Origin: Pocillopora damicornis
Lineage: Eukaryota
NCBI RefSeq assembly: GCF_003704095.1
Contig: NW_020844993.1
Location: 1-64,000, forward strand
Direction: 5' to 3'
DNA length: 64,000 bases
Position numbers and translations under genes: made by a program. Within the stretch, counting starts at the first letter, position 1, and each line of letters starts with the position of its first letter. Below are positions 1 through 12,752 of the stretch, piece by piece. The notes below the pieces were generated by a model. The model was not told where the DNA came from and did no database searches. It was given only the letters and a program-made list of their open reading frames with translations.

Positions 1-382
1 GGCAATGTCAAATTCTCGTCTTCCTAGGCTTTCCAACGTATGGAAGAAAATTTCTCAAATACCTCGCACTTAAAAACGTAACCAGAATCTTACTCTTTCA
101 CCAATCCGGAGCGTCCCAAAAGGTGTCAAGGATAGCCCATGAAATTCTCAAACTTCGAGCGCGGAAATCTTAACGATCTTTTTACACTTTTGCTTTGCAT
201 CCCTCCCCTAGTTGGGAAGTGACACGCAGAAGACACGATCACAACGCACTTTGATTGGAAGAAGTAAAACTGCATTCTATTGGTTATAATGTGTGAGGAC
301 ATAACCACAACGGAAGACACAACTGCAACGCTACAATATTGAAGCACGGATTTTATCGAGGATTCCTTTAAAACTCAGCAGC

Positions 383-2258
383 ATGAGCATAAAAGAGAAG
401 ATTTGCTTTCCTTCCGAAAATAAACAAGGAGCCTGTCCCGGAGTGCTCACTGGGGATGTAAGTAAATCAACGATGGGTCTTGTTGTCGTGCAGGAATGGT
501 GGGGGATGAATGACATCATAATTGACGAAGCTGCAGACATCTCTGGAAGAGGCAACTTGGTAACTCTAGTGCCCGATCTTTATCGAGGGAAGGTAGCAAC
601 CGATCATGAAACAGCTGGACATTACATGTCTGATCTGGACTGGCCTGGAGCGGTGCAAGATATCGCTGGAGCTGCCAAATTTTTGAAAGAAAAAGGTTGG
701 TCCAATATTGCCTTTGGGAGAGGGGTGAGGGACTTCATAGAGGGTGGCAAAGGGTTTGTGCGTGATGCGTGATTAAGCGCAAAAATAATACGTGACGCGT
801 GAATTTTACAGAAAGGAAACATAGGCAAAGTGGGATTTGCATTTCTCCCTTTTAAATTCATGACGTGGGAAGTAAATTTTTCTCAAATGCGGACGCGAAA
901 CCAGTTCAGGGCCCACTCAGCCCCCCTCCCCCCCTTCTCCCTCTTGTTACCCTCTTCACAATGTTGAATAGATACGGCATATAAGTAGTGCTATAGGGAA
1001 TCTGTTGTAAGAAAACACTCTCCAGGACAAGGGAAAATTTTGGGTACAAAATAGTCTTTCATTTTCTTTTCATTTTTTTCTATTTTTTCTGCTTACTCTT
1101 GGGTTGTAAGAGACATGTTAAAAGTACACCCTGAACTTATCAAGAAGCCTTTGTTTTATGGTAGCACCATGTCTTTCCCAGAAAACTACATGCAAATTGT
1201 TTGCATTAAATTAATGATCTGCGTGACTTTTTCTTTCATCTCTAAGAGGTTTCAGACAGAGCTCTCAAATTCTTATACAGCTAAAGGATAAAGTTTTTTC
1301 AACCACATCACATAGCTGTTGCTTGTGATGCCATGGACAAATACCTTTTTACAAAGGGGTGGGGGGTCATGCTCCCCTGGAAAATTGAGATGAACAAGCA
1401 TAGCTAAGACATTTGTTGCTTTATTTGGAACATGTGTTGATAAAGTCCATGTTACCAGCTTGCATTGACATGTGAGCATGTGCAATAGTGGATAATCCTA
1501 CTAAACCATGGAAAGGTTGCTCTGAATGAGAATTACCTCTGTTAGAAAATATTTGAAGCAAGCACAAAGGAAATAAGGAATAAATTATTTCTAGAAAAAT
1601 AAAGCAGCATCTCTCTAAAGGTTTTCTTTACTTCATACTTTGTGGCTGGTAGGTCCTCTTTTCTACCCTGATCTCTGTGTTATCTTCCCCTTCCCCAGCC
1701 ACTCCCCCCTCCAAAAAAAAGATCTCTTTTAATTGTCATTAGCCACCTTAGGTCTGTAAGTAAGTCATCTGGCCAAATTATAATTAGAAGGGGTGGATCA
1801 ATTGTAGCACAGGCAAGAGCACAAGCGTACCAAGTATACCAGAGCAAGTATGCCAGGTTACCTTATTCTGTTTCTTTTTAGGTTGCAAGAAAGTGGGTGT
1901 GACAGGCTTCTGCATGGGTGGGGCTCTGTCTCTGGCAGCTGCGGCACTGATTCCTGAAGAGATTGCAGCAGCAGCTCCTTTCTATGGCATCCCCAGTGCA
2001 AAGCTGTGTGATTTGGGGACAATCAAGATACCTTTGCAAGCTCATTTTGGGAGTAAGGATAATCTTGAGGGGTTCTCATCACCAAAAGATGTGAAAGCTT
2101 TAACAGAGAAGCTGGATGCTGGAGGAGTGAAGTATGAGCTTCATATGTATGACACTGGCCATGCTTTCACCAACCCAACCAACCCAAATTACACTAAAGA
2201 AATTTGTGATTTGGCTCTTGGGAGGATGATAGATTTTATGAAAAAGCACTTGGCATAA
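383..2258 (+). CDS. Dienelactone hydrolase / carboxymethylenebutenolidase family protein (usf-like), 2 exons: 383-695, 1882-2258
   Basis: Motifs VVQEWWG, VPDLYRG, nucleophile loop GFCMGG and catalytic GHAF. Donor AAAAG|GTTGGT at 695/696 and acceptor TTTTTAG|G at 1881/1882 join in frame (KEKGCKKVGVTGFCMGG). Confidence 0.93.
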
Positions 2259-2720
2259 ACCTTGTTTTCTAAACTTTACGTGAGAGCTCTATGTCACAAA
2301 GATTAGGATAGTTTTTTTAAAAGATGTTGTTAACAAAGATTTGAAAACATCGTGTTAACTGGACATTTAAACATAAATGGAGTTTTACAACAAAAAGCTG
2401 GTGTAAAAGTTGCAATGCATTAGAATCTCTCTGTATCATCCAAATTAAAAGCCCATTTTTGGCGAGGTGATATAGTTGAGGGTTATAAGGGTGTGACTTA
2501 GCTCTCTCCTTGAGGATGAGGCCTAGAGGAAAGCTGCATGGAAGGGTGGGGGTGGGGATGAGAAAAGAAGAGGGGGAGGGTAAGGGAAGATACCCATTAC
2601 AGCTGCCATTCTACCCCCTTGTAATCAACCTGTTTTTTATCTTTTATATATATGTCACTATCCATCCCCACTTGGATTAATTATCATAAAATTAGATGGT
2701 CCCCTTCTACCTCTTGACCT

Positions 2721-2890
2721 CACAGAGAAGCCAGATGTTGGAAAAGTGAAGTATGAGCTTCATGTGTATGACACTGGCCATGCTTTCAGCAAGCCTACCA
2801 ACCCAAATTACACCAAGGAAATTTGTGATTTTACTTTTGGAAGGATGATAGATTTTATGAAAAAGCGAATATGATAAACTTTGTTTTCTG
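2721..2890 (+). pseudogene. Partial duplicate of the 3' end of dienelactone hydrolase exon 2
   Basis: Closely matches about 2104-2270 (GTGAAGTATGAGCTTCAT..GACACTGGCCATGCTTTC..GGATGATAGATTTTATGAAAAAGC); it lacks the 5' part of the exon. Confidence 0.85.
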
Positions 2891-3086
2891 CTGTTGCTGT
2901 GAATTATCAATTTCCACAAAATAGAATATGTCTATCTCCTGGAGACGTCTCATATAACAAGTTGCTGGAAATCTGGATATCTCTCACTCCCTGAGGCCAT
3001 CAGGTCTAATTAAAGCAACCATGGAGTACAAACATGCAGGCAGCCCCCAAACACAGCTTCCATCCTGCTGAATTAGAAGTCGCTTA

Positions 3087-3096
3087 NNNNNNNNNN
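3087..3096. other. Assembly gap (10 N)
   Basis: Run of N in the sequence. Confidence 1.
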
Positions 3097-4354
3097 CCCC
3101 CCCCACTTCCTTAGTAGGACGCCCTCAAAGGTTATTTAAGTGATAGAATTCAACACCTACAAATTATGGGAACTTTTACGTGGATTCAGGTACCCCAAAC
3201 AAGACACCAAACTAGTTGGAGAAAATTGAGGTGAAAACTTGAGATCGAAATTCCAGGGCTCCATTCTACGACAAAGAACAGCAATTCTGGTACCCTATGA
3301 CTGACGAAATACTGACTTATGCGCACGACCCACACGCGAGCTCATAGCGATTCCAACATGATCCACTTGAGTAGTCCGTAAAAATATTCCACAGGGGGGA
3401 CAGTGTTCCGTGTTCTATCTCTGTTACTGTCCACAACGCTAAGGCTTTAAATCGACCTCCCTCTGCTCTCCCTGATGACCATGTGACCCCCCCAGAGAAA
3501 AATCCTCTGAAACCCACAGGAAGTAGAAAATGATTGGTCCCTAACATTTTAAATGGAAGGAAACGGAGGGATTACTGGATATAGCTTCTGAGACGAGATT
3601 TTCTCAGCGTCTGTCGGTTACAAAAAAAATTTGGCAGGTAGCTTCGAGTACATTGGGAAAGTCCGGTTGTATTTTCGACTTCGATGTCATACATTTTCCT
3701 CGGCTCTTACTGAATTAAGTTTGGAGCACACCCTTAATAGGAATGGTAATAAAGGAAGCAGATATCGATGAACAGCTGATCCCTTCACAAAACTGACTAA
3801 CTTAATATGGTAGTAATAGATAGCTTGGACGTGACCTGAGCCAAGTTTTCTGATGTTACTTGCTCTCGAATTAATTTTTGATTCATAAGGGCAAATTTAA
3901 AATCATATTCGGTTCTCTTACCTCAATATGTATGACACATGAAAACTTTGTCACATTAAACTACCTCTGAAAACGGTTAATGTTTTGCTAGTCGATATGC
4001 AACTAAGGAGCTGATTTTAGAGCAGTTCTTCGATGAGATCTTTTCTTGTTCTCAATCTCAGTCTATGTCTGTGCTCGCACATAAAACGTAACGTTTTACA
4101 GAATTACATCCTGTCAACTCCTTCATTTTAGTAGAATGCCTGTAGAATTCCTCTTTAAATTATTTCCAATTAGCAATTATTTTTTCCGTGAGGAAAAGAA
4201 AAATGTGCAGTTTTTAAGAAAATTGGGAAATACATGTACTTGTACTATGCCGTGAATGAATTCAAATAGAAATCAGATCAAACTTATTCAATTGAGATTG
4301 CATGTTAAAACAACATGATTTTAAACAACTGAGAAATGCCGACAAGGTCCAGTC

Positions 4355-4386
4355 GGAACTGAAACCGGAAACTGAAATCGAAAGTG
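4355..4386 (+). promoter_or_regulatory. Tandem ISRE/IRF-like motif upstream of gene A1
   Basis: GGAACTGAAACCGGAAACTGAAATCGAAAGTG contains repeated GAAANNGAAA units. Confidence 0.5.
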
Positions 4387-4579
4387 CTGGCATCACTGCT
4401 CTTCGTTTTTGTGTCGGTTTGTTTGGTTTTTTTCACGGAATAATAAGGTCGTAATTGTACGCATGCTCAGTGATACAGGAAAGAGTTTCTACCACTGGTG
4501 ATCGTCGCGTTTTAAAACAATAATTTCATCTATTTTCCGGATTAAAGCAAAATATTAAAGCATTTCCGAAAAGAAACTA

Positions 4580-4613
4580 CCTAAGACCTAAGACCTAAGA
4601 CCTAAGACCCAAG
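4580..4613. repeat. (CCTAAGA)n 7-bp tandem repeat
   Basis: About 5 copies visible. Confidence 0.9.
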
Positions 4614-4813
4614 AGCTACGTTCTGTGTAATTTGACTGAAGAAAACGTTTGGACTCTTACTTGTAGTCACTGTAAGCTGCTTCTATTGCATGGATTTGAA
4701 TGAAGACCAATTCCTGTGGTTTTCTTTATTTTATTTTCGGTTTTTCTTTTTTGTTGTTTATCATAAAATCTTACCTTTTTATAACCATGGTTACGAGCTG
4801 CTTACGTCACCAA

Positions 4814-4852
4814 CCTAATATGGTAGTTGTTTTGAACTTGGATATATAAAAG
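4814..4852 (+). promoter_or_regulatory. CArG box (CCTAATATGG, 4814-4823) and TATA box (4843-4852) of gene A1
   Basis: Perfect CC(A/T)6GG, preceded by TACGTCA and followed by TATATAAAAG. A CArG box precedes all type A paralogs. Confidence 0.7.
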
Positions 4853-4915
4853 ATATGCCCCTGTCTAGCTTTGCCCTCTGATGACCGCCAATCATCACAA
4901 ACACACACTCACTAA

Positions 4916-7085
4916 ATGACAGACATACTTAAATTTGAATACAGAGCTGTTTTAGTTCGGATTGCTCGCGATCTGGACGAAGAACAGCATAAACAACTCT
5001 TCTTCCTCTGCAAAGAACAAGTTCCAAGACGAGGTTTAGACGTTTGGACACTTCTCACTTCACTGGAAGACTCGGCGAAGATATCGTGGATCGATGTTTC
5101 CCTCCTGAAGAAATGTTTGCACGTTATTGGAAGGGAAGATCTCGTTGTCCTCCTGACCGAGTTTGAAATGAAACGAGACCTGTCCATTCTTATGAATTTC
5201 TACGTCAAGGAGAGGAATGGCCTACACCTCTTCTACCGGTCGTCTGCGACTGAAGCGGCTATCCACCTTGTGCGGCTAATGGAAAGGTATCCAGGCAGAG
5301 AAGATCTGAGAGGAATGATGAGAGGCTCAGACAAGAAAGCGAAAGATCTTTGGCTGCAATTCTTGTCTGCAACTCCTCGGACCTCGAGAATGACGTGGGG
5401 CAAATTTTCCATGCTGGTTGCGATTGCCGGAGAAATAATAGCCAAGACATCATCGAATCATTGCGCAGGAAGTTCAGATGAAGCCATCATGGATATGTGC
5501 GTAATTTTGGCGGATGAGCTTTGTACTATTATGGTTCAGCTTGGATGTTGGGTAACTGAAATTAACTTAGTACAAGACTATTTCTAAAGCTAAATCCATT
5601 GATTAATATTTGTCTATTGGTTATAATTGTTGTAATCAAAATCGATGCAGCCGATGTAGATCTCGAAAGTGAAAATGAAGTTTATTCAAAAATTATTTTG
5701 AAAATCATTCTACCGTAGACTTCACAACTGATACTTGGCTTATCGGTTGTTTTACTTTAGAACATCTAACCGCTTCGAAAATAGGCAGTTTTTAAATCAT
5801 AAACTGAGTTTCACGCTATTCATATCAATAATTCGGATTTCGATAGAAAGTATTACACCTTGTCTGTGTAGGAATAGACAATCGTTCTAGTAATCTGCTT
5901 TACTAATTAGGTATCATCTTAACTTTTCACCGACCATCGTTAAATTTCAAACTGATCTTGACGTAGAGTGAACGAGACTTAACTTATTGGCAAAAAGATG
6001 ACCTCATCGCGAGTAATTCGGCGCGGGTTAGAAAATTGCCTTTCTTCACAATAATGGCGTGCCAGCGTTAGTCATAAGGAATTCGATAGTCAACAGTGAT
6101 GTGTCACAACACATCACATCAACTTGCAATTTGATTCTCACCCGCGTACTTCCCCTCAAAATGATAGCTTCAGTAAGACTGGCGATAGAAAGCCAAACCA
6201 TTATTCTTTACAATGTGCTTGCAAACTTTCAATTTGGTAAAAAATTTACATGCCGACCAGACCATGATAACTTAATTAATTATTAATCTGCATTCGGTTT
6301 ATATACAAATTTAAAGCTACCGGTCCACTGAATTCGACTCCCGTATTTATTTGATGAATCTACAGAGTCGAATCTTTGTCGTCGATCCGATCGGGGCATG
6401 AGTTTGAGTTTCAAATAGGAAAAGAGAATCATTTCGCGTTATATTTCCCCCTATAAGTTCAATGAAATTTGCATTTAGTGCTATTCTATTCTTATATATT
6501 GCAGTACGATCATAATGTTTCTATCTTTAATTCACACCTTCTGCCCAAATGCATGCTTTAATTTCCTGCCTCTTCTCTCCCCAATCGCTTCCCTCACTAC
6601 CTCCATCAGTTTATTTTATTGCGAGTTCGTCAGGTAACTTGCCTTCTTGTAAGCTTACTTATGTGCTATAAGGAAAGGTCTTCAGTTCCTTATTTACAAA
6701 CATCTGAACAGCCTTGTTTACCCGCGGAATAAGTTCAGCTCAAGCACCGTCGTCAATTCTTTGATTACTGTTGAGGAATTTGATACCAAATGATAATTTG
6801 AACATCCATATATATCAATGTATTCTTTTGATAAGGTATTTTCGTCCCGCAAATGCTGTAGGTGATGTTGACCCGTGCATGGGGAGTGTTGCATCTCACA
6901 TAAACTTACCTTGTTGTTGATAATTTTTCTTTTCACCACATTTTTAGGAAAACTTTTGCACTGATGTTGAGAAAAGAGCCCAGCGGATTTGCGGACAGGA
7001 TGTCAATGGCAGCCCCTCTTTTGCAGGCTTTAGAAAGCAAATAGCCGACGCCATTCATGAGTTGGAGAACAGCATCTTTTCCTAA
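4916..7085 (+). CDS. DED + Bcl-2-like domain protein, type A copy A1; exons 4916-5551, 6948-7085
   Basis: DED (LFFLC..GREDL), BH1-like MTWGKFSMLVAIAGE, BH2-like LGCW|ENFC split by a GT-AG phase-0 intron. Exon 2 reads ENFCTDVEKR..ELENSIFS* and is homologous to paralog exon 2s. Confidence 0.85.
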
Positions 7086-7559
7086 TTGATGTACTCAACT
7101 CTTGACTGTGTGGAGAGAGGAAGCTTTTTTTTTTTTTAGTAGCTTCATAGATCATTACACAAGAAAATGTCTTTAAAGTCAGTGTTGTTAGCTCTCCATT
7201 CTCTGAGATTCTGTTTCAGATTTTATTTGTTAACTTCCTAAAAAAAAATAAGGCATCTCGTAATCGTAGCTTGAGTATGCAACTGCAGGATGAAAACCAA
7301 CTGACATTGATAGTCTTAAAGGTTAAAGGTGTAATTGCAAGTTTTTCTTGTGTAATGATCTCCTTTTTTTGGAAAACAAAACAAAAAAAAATATTTCAGG
7401 AAAAAAAGAATTGTAAACAAAATAAGATACAAGAAAAAAAAATCGAAAAAATTTGCCAAAAAGGAAAAAAAAATATGAAAAATAAGTCACAAAATTCAAG
7501 AAAAAAAAGGTTGACTGTACTTAGGTACGGTACATAAGAAAGATGCAAAAAAAATTGTT

Positions 7560-7937
7560 GCGAAAGGCTAAGCAACCCTATTTTGCTACACTGTACAAGT
7601 ACAAGAGAAAATGATCTCTTGACAGCAAAGAAAAGATAAGTTTGTATTCCAAAGCTCACATAAGAAGCGATAAGCAAGGGAATACTTAACAAAAAAGAAA
7701 AAAAAATTATTGAACACGAGGTTTCAAAAATACAATGTTACAAACAATAGCGAAAGGCTAAGCAACCCTATTTTGCTACACTGTACAAGTACAAGAGAAA
7801 ATGATCTCTTGACAGCAAAGAAAAGATAAGTTTGTATTCCAAAGCTCACATAAGAAGCGATAAGCAAGGGAATACTTAACAAAAAAGAAAAAAAAATTAT
7901 TGAACACGAGGTTTCAAAAATACAATGTTACAAACAA
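7560..7937. repeat. Perfect-looking 190-bp direct tandem duplication
   Basis: 7560-7747 is repeated at 7750-7937 (GCGAAAGGCTAAGCAACCC...TGTTACAAACAA). Confidence 0.92.
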
Positions 7938-8204
7938 GCAAATGACGCATCAGAGAAAAAAAATGTGGCGGTTAAAAAAATTCTCGTCAGAGAAACAAAA
8001 AAAAGAGAAATATCTAATAAAGTTTACTACTTTTTTTCCTCAAACCTGTGCTTAATGTTTGATTTGTCTAACAAGGGTAAAATGTCCGAAAAGGTAATGG
8101 GAATTGATAACCACCGAGTCAACTTTCATGGGAAGATTCTATCTCTGAAAAAGAAGAGTTCGAGTTAGAAATTTCAAAGGTGTTGATGATGCAATGGTCT
8201 GAGT

Positions 8205-8350
8205 CGTAGCCCTGGCACTGACGAAGCGTTGTGCCTAAGGCAACTCTGGCAGTGTCTCTCTCAGCCAGGAGTATAAATGAACACCCCCTAAATTGCCATG
8301 GAAACCTGGTAAAATGCGGGAGCCTAACCCTACGATGAATTGACATCCTA
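8205..8350 (+). mobile_element. Degenerate SINE-like fragment
   Basis: CTCTCTCAGCCAGGAGTATAAATG resembles the conserved central body of cnidarian tRNA-SINEs (from recall). Confidence 0.35.
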
Positions 8351-8906
8351 ATATTGCTATATATCTGGGAGGGATGAGCTCAGAGGGGAAGGAACAGATA
8401 CTTCTTACCGTTGCGTCACACGCATTGGACGCATTCGCCCGAGTTGGAGACGGAAAGAATTATGCCAAATTATTTTCTATAAAACGAGTGATTAAAGCAT
8501 TAGCTTGATGCTGCTGTTCTGCCAACTTGGAAATATACTCCATTCACTCTCCATGAAAGGGTTCGGCCTGCAATGACAGAGATAATGTATATAGGGTGGG
8601 TTCTTCGGAAGGTAAGTTCCCTGAATCCAGTCTAAAGTGACTTTACCTTTCGTTTAAACCGCCCAAGGAATAGTTCGGGCCAGGAATCAAAATTTGACGC
8701 TAGAAATCATGAAGGCAACTCGGAGAGATGCCTTTTCTTAAGTGTTCGTTGACCAGTGACTGCTCATAGGACCGCTTTAGGAAGTTATCGTGATAGGCTG
8801 ACTAAAATGGAAATTACATAATTATAGAGTGCCCGGATGCTTAAGGCACTATATTTTCTGCGCACTCTCCTTTATTCCCCTGTGAGAAGGTCACACTCAA
8901 TTAGTA

Positions 8907-10600
8907 ATGGCGTCTACAGCAGCCTCAACCGAAAGGGAAAACTTTCCATCATCGTTCAGCAGCATGAAATATCAGTATCCACCTGTGTTCAAAGATTTCC
9001 TCATCCGCCTTGCCAAATCTTTGGACAGCGAAAATCGTGCAGCATTCCAGTTTTGGTGTAAGGGTCTTCTCCCGGGCTCGATGTTGGATGGCGACATGAC
9101 CACTGATGCTGAGTTCTTCGCATTGATCGATTCCCTTCTGAATTCTAATGAATTATCTCTCACCAACATGAAAGTGCTTAAAGATATCCTCTCAAGTATT
9201 GGCCGTATGGATCTGCTGCAGGAGCTTAAAAAAGTAAAATTGCGAATCTCAATTGGTATCATTTTAGAAGATTACCTGAAGTTCAAATCTGTTGATGACT
9301 TCCGCCAGGGCACTCCTATGAAATCTCCTGAAAATCACAGTAATATTGTGAAGCTTCTACTTACCACTAAAGAAGAAAATCTTTACCTGATAACAGAAGT
9401 CCTTGGACAGTTGAAGCCACTTTGTTCTGATCAAAACTTCGTGAAGAAATTTACAAATATTGCTCTTCTTGGCTCAAAACTATCGTGGCCGATGATTAGC
9501 TCATCTTTGGTTATTATTGGCGAGCTTTATGCTTTGCTTACACCACAGTCAAGAAGTTTCGAGAGTGGTTTTTATGTTTACCTGTTTTCCATGACCAAGG
9601 CAAGCAAGTTGCTATCAGATTGGATTTTTGAAAACGGTGGTTTGGTAAGTAAACTGGAGCTACATACGCTCAATATATAAAAAGCTCCCTGAAACATAAA
9701 TTTGTGTGTCACGACGTTAAATTACCTGATTAGTGAACAAAAGTTTACACTTTCATGTACATAAAGAAAAATGACAAATCTTGATTGCGGTAGCTGTGAT
9801 TTGGCTAACTTTTGTTTCTGCAACAGATGGCAACCCTGGCCTAAAGGAATACATTGTGTCAATGTTGTGATTATCCTTCGAATTCAATATGCACAATTTG
9901 CAGTTTTAGCGTACGTTGGTAATGAGAATAAAAAACAGCAGAAGAAGAAGTGATGAGCCAGTTTTAATCATCATTTATAGTTTTCTATTCAACATTTATC
10001 TGCTTAAAGGGACGAGCATTTGAGTGCAAAGTGCTTTTGTAAAGGAAAAAAGTTTATTAATTCTGCCATGCTTGAGGTATGCTATTAAATACTCAGGCCC
10101 TCCAAGGTGCGAATTCTGTCCGCTTGTCTTCGAGCTAGAAACACCCAAAAACTGCTACCTAACTTTTCCTTTCTTGAGAAAAATTTTGTTTTGCATGAAG
10201 AGAAAACTAAATGCCCATAGTGGTTCATTGCAAATTTAACACCATTCGATGACTCTGGAAGACCTTTCAAGCAAACACAATTGTTGTATTCACAACGAGA
10301 GGTCATTGGCATGCATGAAAAAATATACATTACAGCATAAAATGTTGACAAGTTGTAACTGATAGCCTGCAATCAAAGTCAAACTCATTTCTAAGCTAAA
10401 CTTTTTTAAATGTCATCCAAAATCTGTATCAATTAATGCTCAAATGTTCTTTCTTCATTTGCCAGAAAATGTATAATGAATTCATCAGCAAGAAACAACG
10501 AGCAACAATCAGTGAATCAGTGCCATCTTCCCTTGGGAAATCTCTGAAAGACAAAATCGAGCTGCTTGGAAGTCGTGTGGGTCTACCGTTAAGAAATTAA
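8907..10600 (+). CDS. DED + Bcl-2-like domain protein, type B copy B1; exons 8907-9644, 10466-10600
   Basis: DED (FQFWC..IGRMDL), BH4-like IILEDYLKFKS, BH1-like LSWPMISSSLVIIGEL, BH2-like WIFENGGL|KMYNEF. Donor TTG|GTAAGT, acceptor GCCAG|AAA. Confidence 0.85.
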
Positions 10601-10675
10601 GTTGAAAATGCTGTTTACTTCTTTACCATCCTGAATATCATTTGTGTGATCTTTTTATACCTACCCCCTCTTATG

Positions 10676-10813
10676 GACTGCCACCTTGCCGTGGTGGAGG
10701 GGCTTATGCGTTTCAATGATCCTGAGAACTCAGCCGGTGGAGGCATGTGAGCCTCTGGCAGGTACAACCAAGCCGGAAAGATCAAAGGGGAGAAACCAGA
10801 CCAAAAGGCAGTC
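10676..10813 (+). ncRNA. 138-nt conserved structured element, copy 1, about 75 nt after the B1 stop
   Basis: Closed by GACTGCC/GGCAGTC with several internal stems; near-identical copies follow B3, B6 and B7. Confidence 0.7.
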
Positions 10814-12644
10814 AAAATTCCTACTCTGTACATCAGCAGAAATCAGGTACATTTTACTCCCGCAGTGAATTTGGTCAGTGGTTTTGTCGAGTACTACTAT
10901 GCATGCACTTAATATAAATGTAAAAGTGGATCTAAAGTTTATTTGGTCAAGAGACTGATTAGCCAGATAAGATTGAAGAACTAGGTATGAAATGTTCGAA
11001 TAGTGGATACAAAAATATTATAGTTGAAGTTTTTTTTAAAAACAAACTGCATTTATTTTTAACAATTTCAGGACTTTTATTATCTCTTGAAATGGAAGAA
11101 TTGGCCTCTATGGACCAGCACATGGGAACCTTCAGCTCATTTGTGTGATCAGCTTATCAGGTACTAGCTGAAGTATGTTTTTGGAAAGTGCTAGAAATAA
11201 TCATCAATGCATGCAGCTTGGGTCCACACCAGGTCTGGGTCCATACAAAGCTTATGCTTTCTTTTAATTAATAATCTTATAGGACCTTATACAGCAACCC
11301 TCCTGTCTCCATGGAAAGGTTACAGAGTGTATCAGCTTCATTTCTGGAAGGCATCCTATCCTTGAGGCGGATGCAATCAAAGTTTATTATTCCTCTGAGT
11401 TGAGGGTGGATCATGATATTGTTAGATATGGTTTTTGAGGAAAAGGTAAAAAACCACACAATGGAGTTAGCATGCTCTATGAAGAGGACAATTTTTCTTG
11501 CCCTGGGCTTTCTCCAAATTGGTGGTATTATTTATTATAAATGAACTTGGAGAAGGAATAGCAGTTGACTTTCCTTTCAAGTTAAAAACTGTTCTTACTT
11601 ATTCAAAACATAAGCACACTTAGCATGCAAGAGTTATTTTTTGGCTGGGTGGGTTGAGATGGGACAGTTTGTTTACTTAGTATTTTCATTTTTGTCACCA
11701 AAAAGAGCATAACCTTCAAAAACAAAAATATCGCTGAAACACAAGAAAAAAACCTAATTTATCTGAATTCACACAGAGATTATGTGATCTGTTTCTATTG
11801 TTATTCTAAGTTAAATTGAAATGCATGGGTGCCACACTTACTGTTGTCTCCTTTGCAGCTGTTAGTTAGTCTCGTCACTCAACGCCCTCTATTTCCTGTT
11901 TGAGAGAGAGCGCACGTTGCCTGACAAGACCAAATAACAATGGCGAAAAAGACTATGCAACAATATTTCAAAGAGGGCTCCTAATTGGTTGTTGCCCATC
12001 TGGACTTTACCCTATGTGTGTGAAATGTGTGATAAAATGCAGGTTCTTTTACAATGAAATTAACTCATAATTGGTTAAGTCCAAGGTAGCTTAAAGCAAC
12101 TTTTATCCATAGAAAAGTCAAATGCAGGAAAATTACGTGGTAAACTCAACATCAGTAGCATCTAGTTCCATGTGAATTTTTTTCAGTGGGGTTGGACAAT
12201 GCAGTTATGATATGTAATAGAATGCAGGTTGTTTACAAGAAAATGACATGTAATAGAGCAAAGTCCAATGTGGCAAAATGGAATTTGATTGGTGGAATAC
12301 AACTGAAGCACATAAAAAATTGCATAATGTTCATATAGTGTACTGATGAGGTATGTTCTGATTGGACCTTAGACGTTGTTTTCATGTTACAAGATGGTAT
12401 GTAAGTTGTTTGGCATGTGCATTGTGAGCAAAGGAGTGAAAAAAACACGATTTAACTTTAAAATTTAAATATATGCCTTTCATATCCCGATAAATCTTAT
12501 CCTCAGTCAACGAGGCTCTTGTGAAGGCCACAAACCTTTACACTTATCAAATGAGCCCAAAATTTCTGGTTAATGTCATTCTTTGTGCACAGTCAAGTGA
12601 TCAATGACAGCATTTAAAGAAAACAATTTACCCAAACGTTGTGC

Positions 12645-12752
12645 TTGGTGCAGGACATTCAATTGCTATGATATGATTGGTGCAGGACATTCAAATGCTA
12701 TGATATGATTGGTGCAAGATACATATCCTAATGTGGCAATCTGATTGGTGCA
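12645..12752. repeat. Short imperfect tandem repeat (about 32-bp unit, TTGGTGCAGGACATTCAA..)
   Basis: 3-4 imperfect units visible. Confidence 0.7.

Noticed and set aside
383-2258. Bacterial contamination or recent horizontal transfer of the dienelactone hydrolase
   Set aside because: The gene has a canonical spliceosomal intron and host-like flanks; an ancient origin cannot be judged here.
5552-5587. ORF-track C-termini such as VTEINLVQDYF, VSGI, VSKLELHTLNI
   Set aside because: Read-through into the intron: each starts at a GT donor, and a homologous exon 2 exists downstream.
7560-7937. Direct repeats as a CRISPR array
   Set aside because: Eukaryotic context, only two long units, no spacers and no cas genes.
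10676-10813. SECIS, tRNA or snoRNA identity for the 138-nt element
   Set aside because: No in-frame UGA in the host genes, no proper SECIS core/apical AA geometry, no cloverleaf, and no clear C/D or H/ACA boxes.
10686-10868. Recurrent short ORFs 'MPWWRGLCVSMILRTQP..' (also at 30428-30763, 42354-42554, and the antisense versions at 10615 and 54034)
   Set aside because: These are translations of the 138-nt element. They use non-ATG starts, their ends are not conserved, and the substitutions fit RNA pairing rather than coding.
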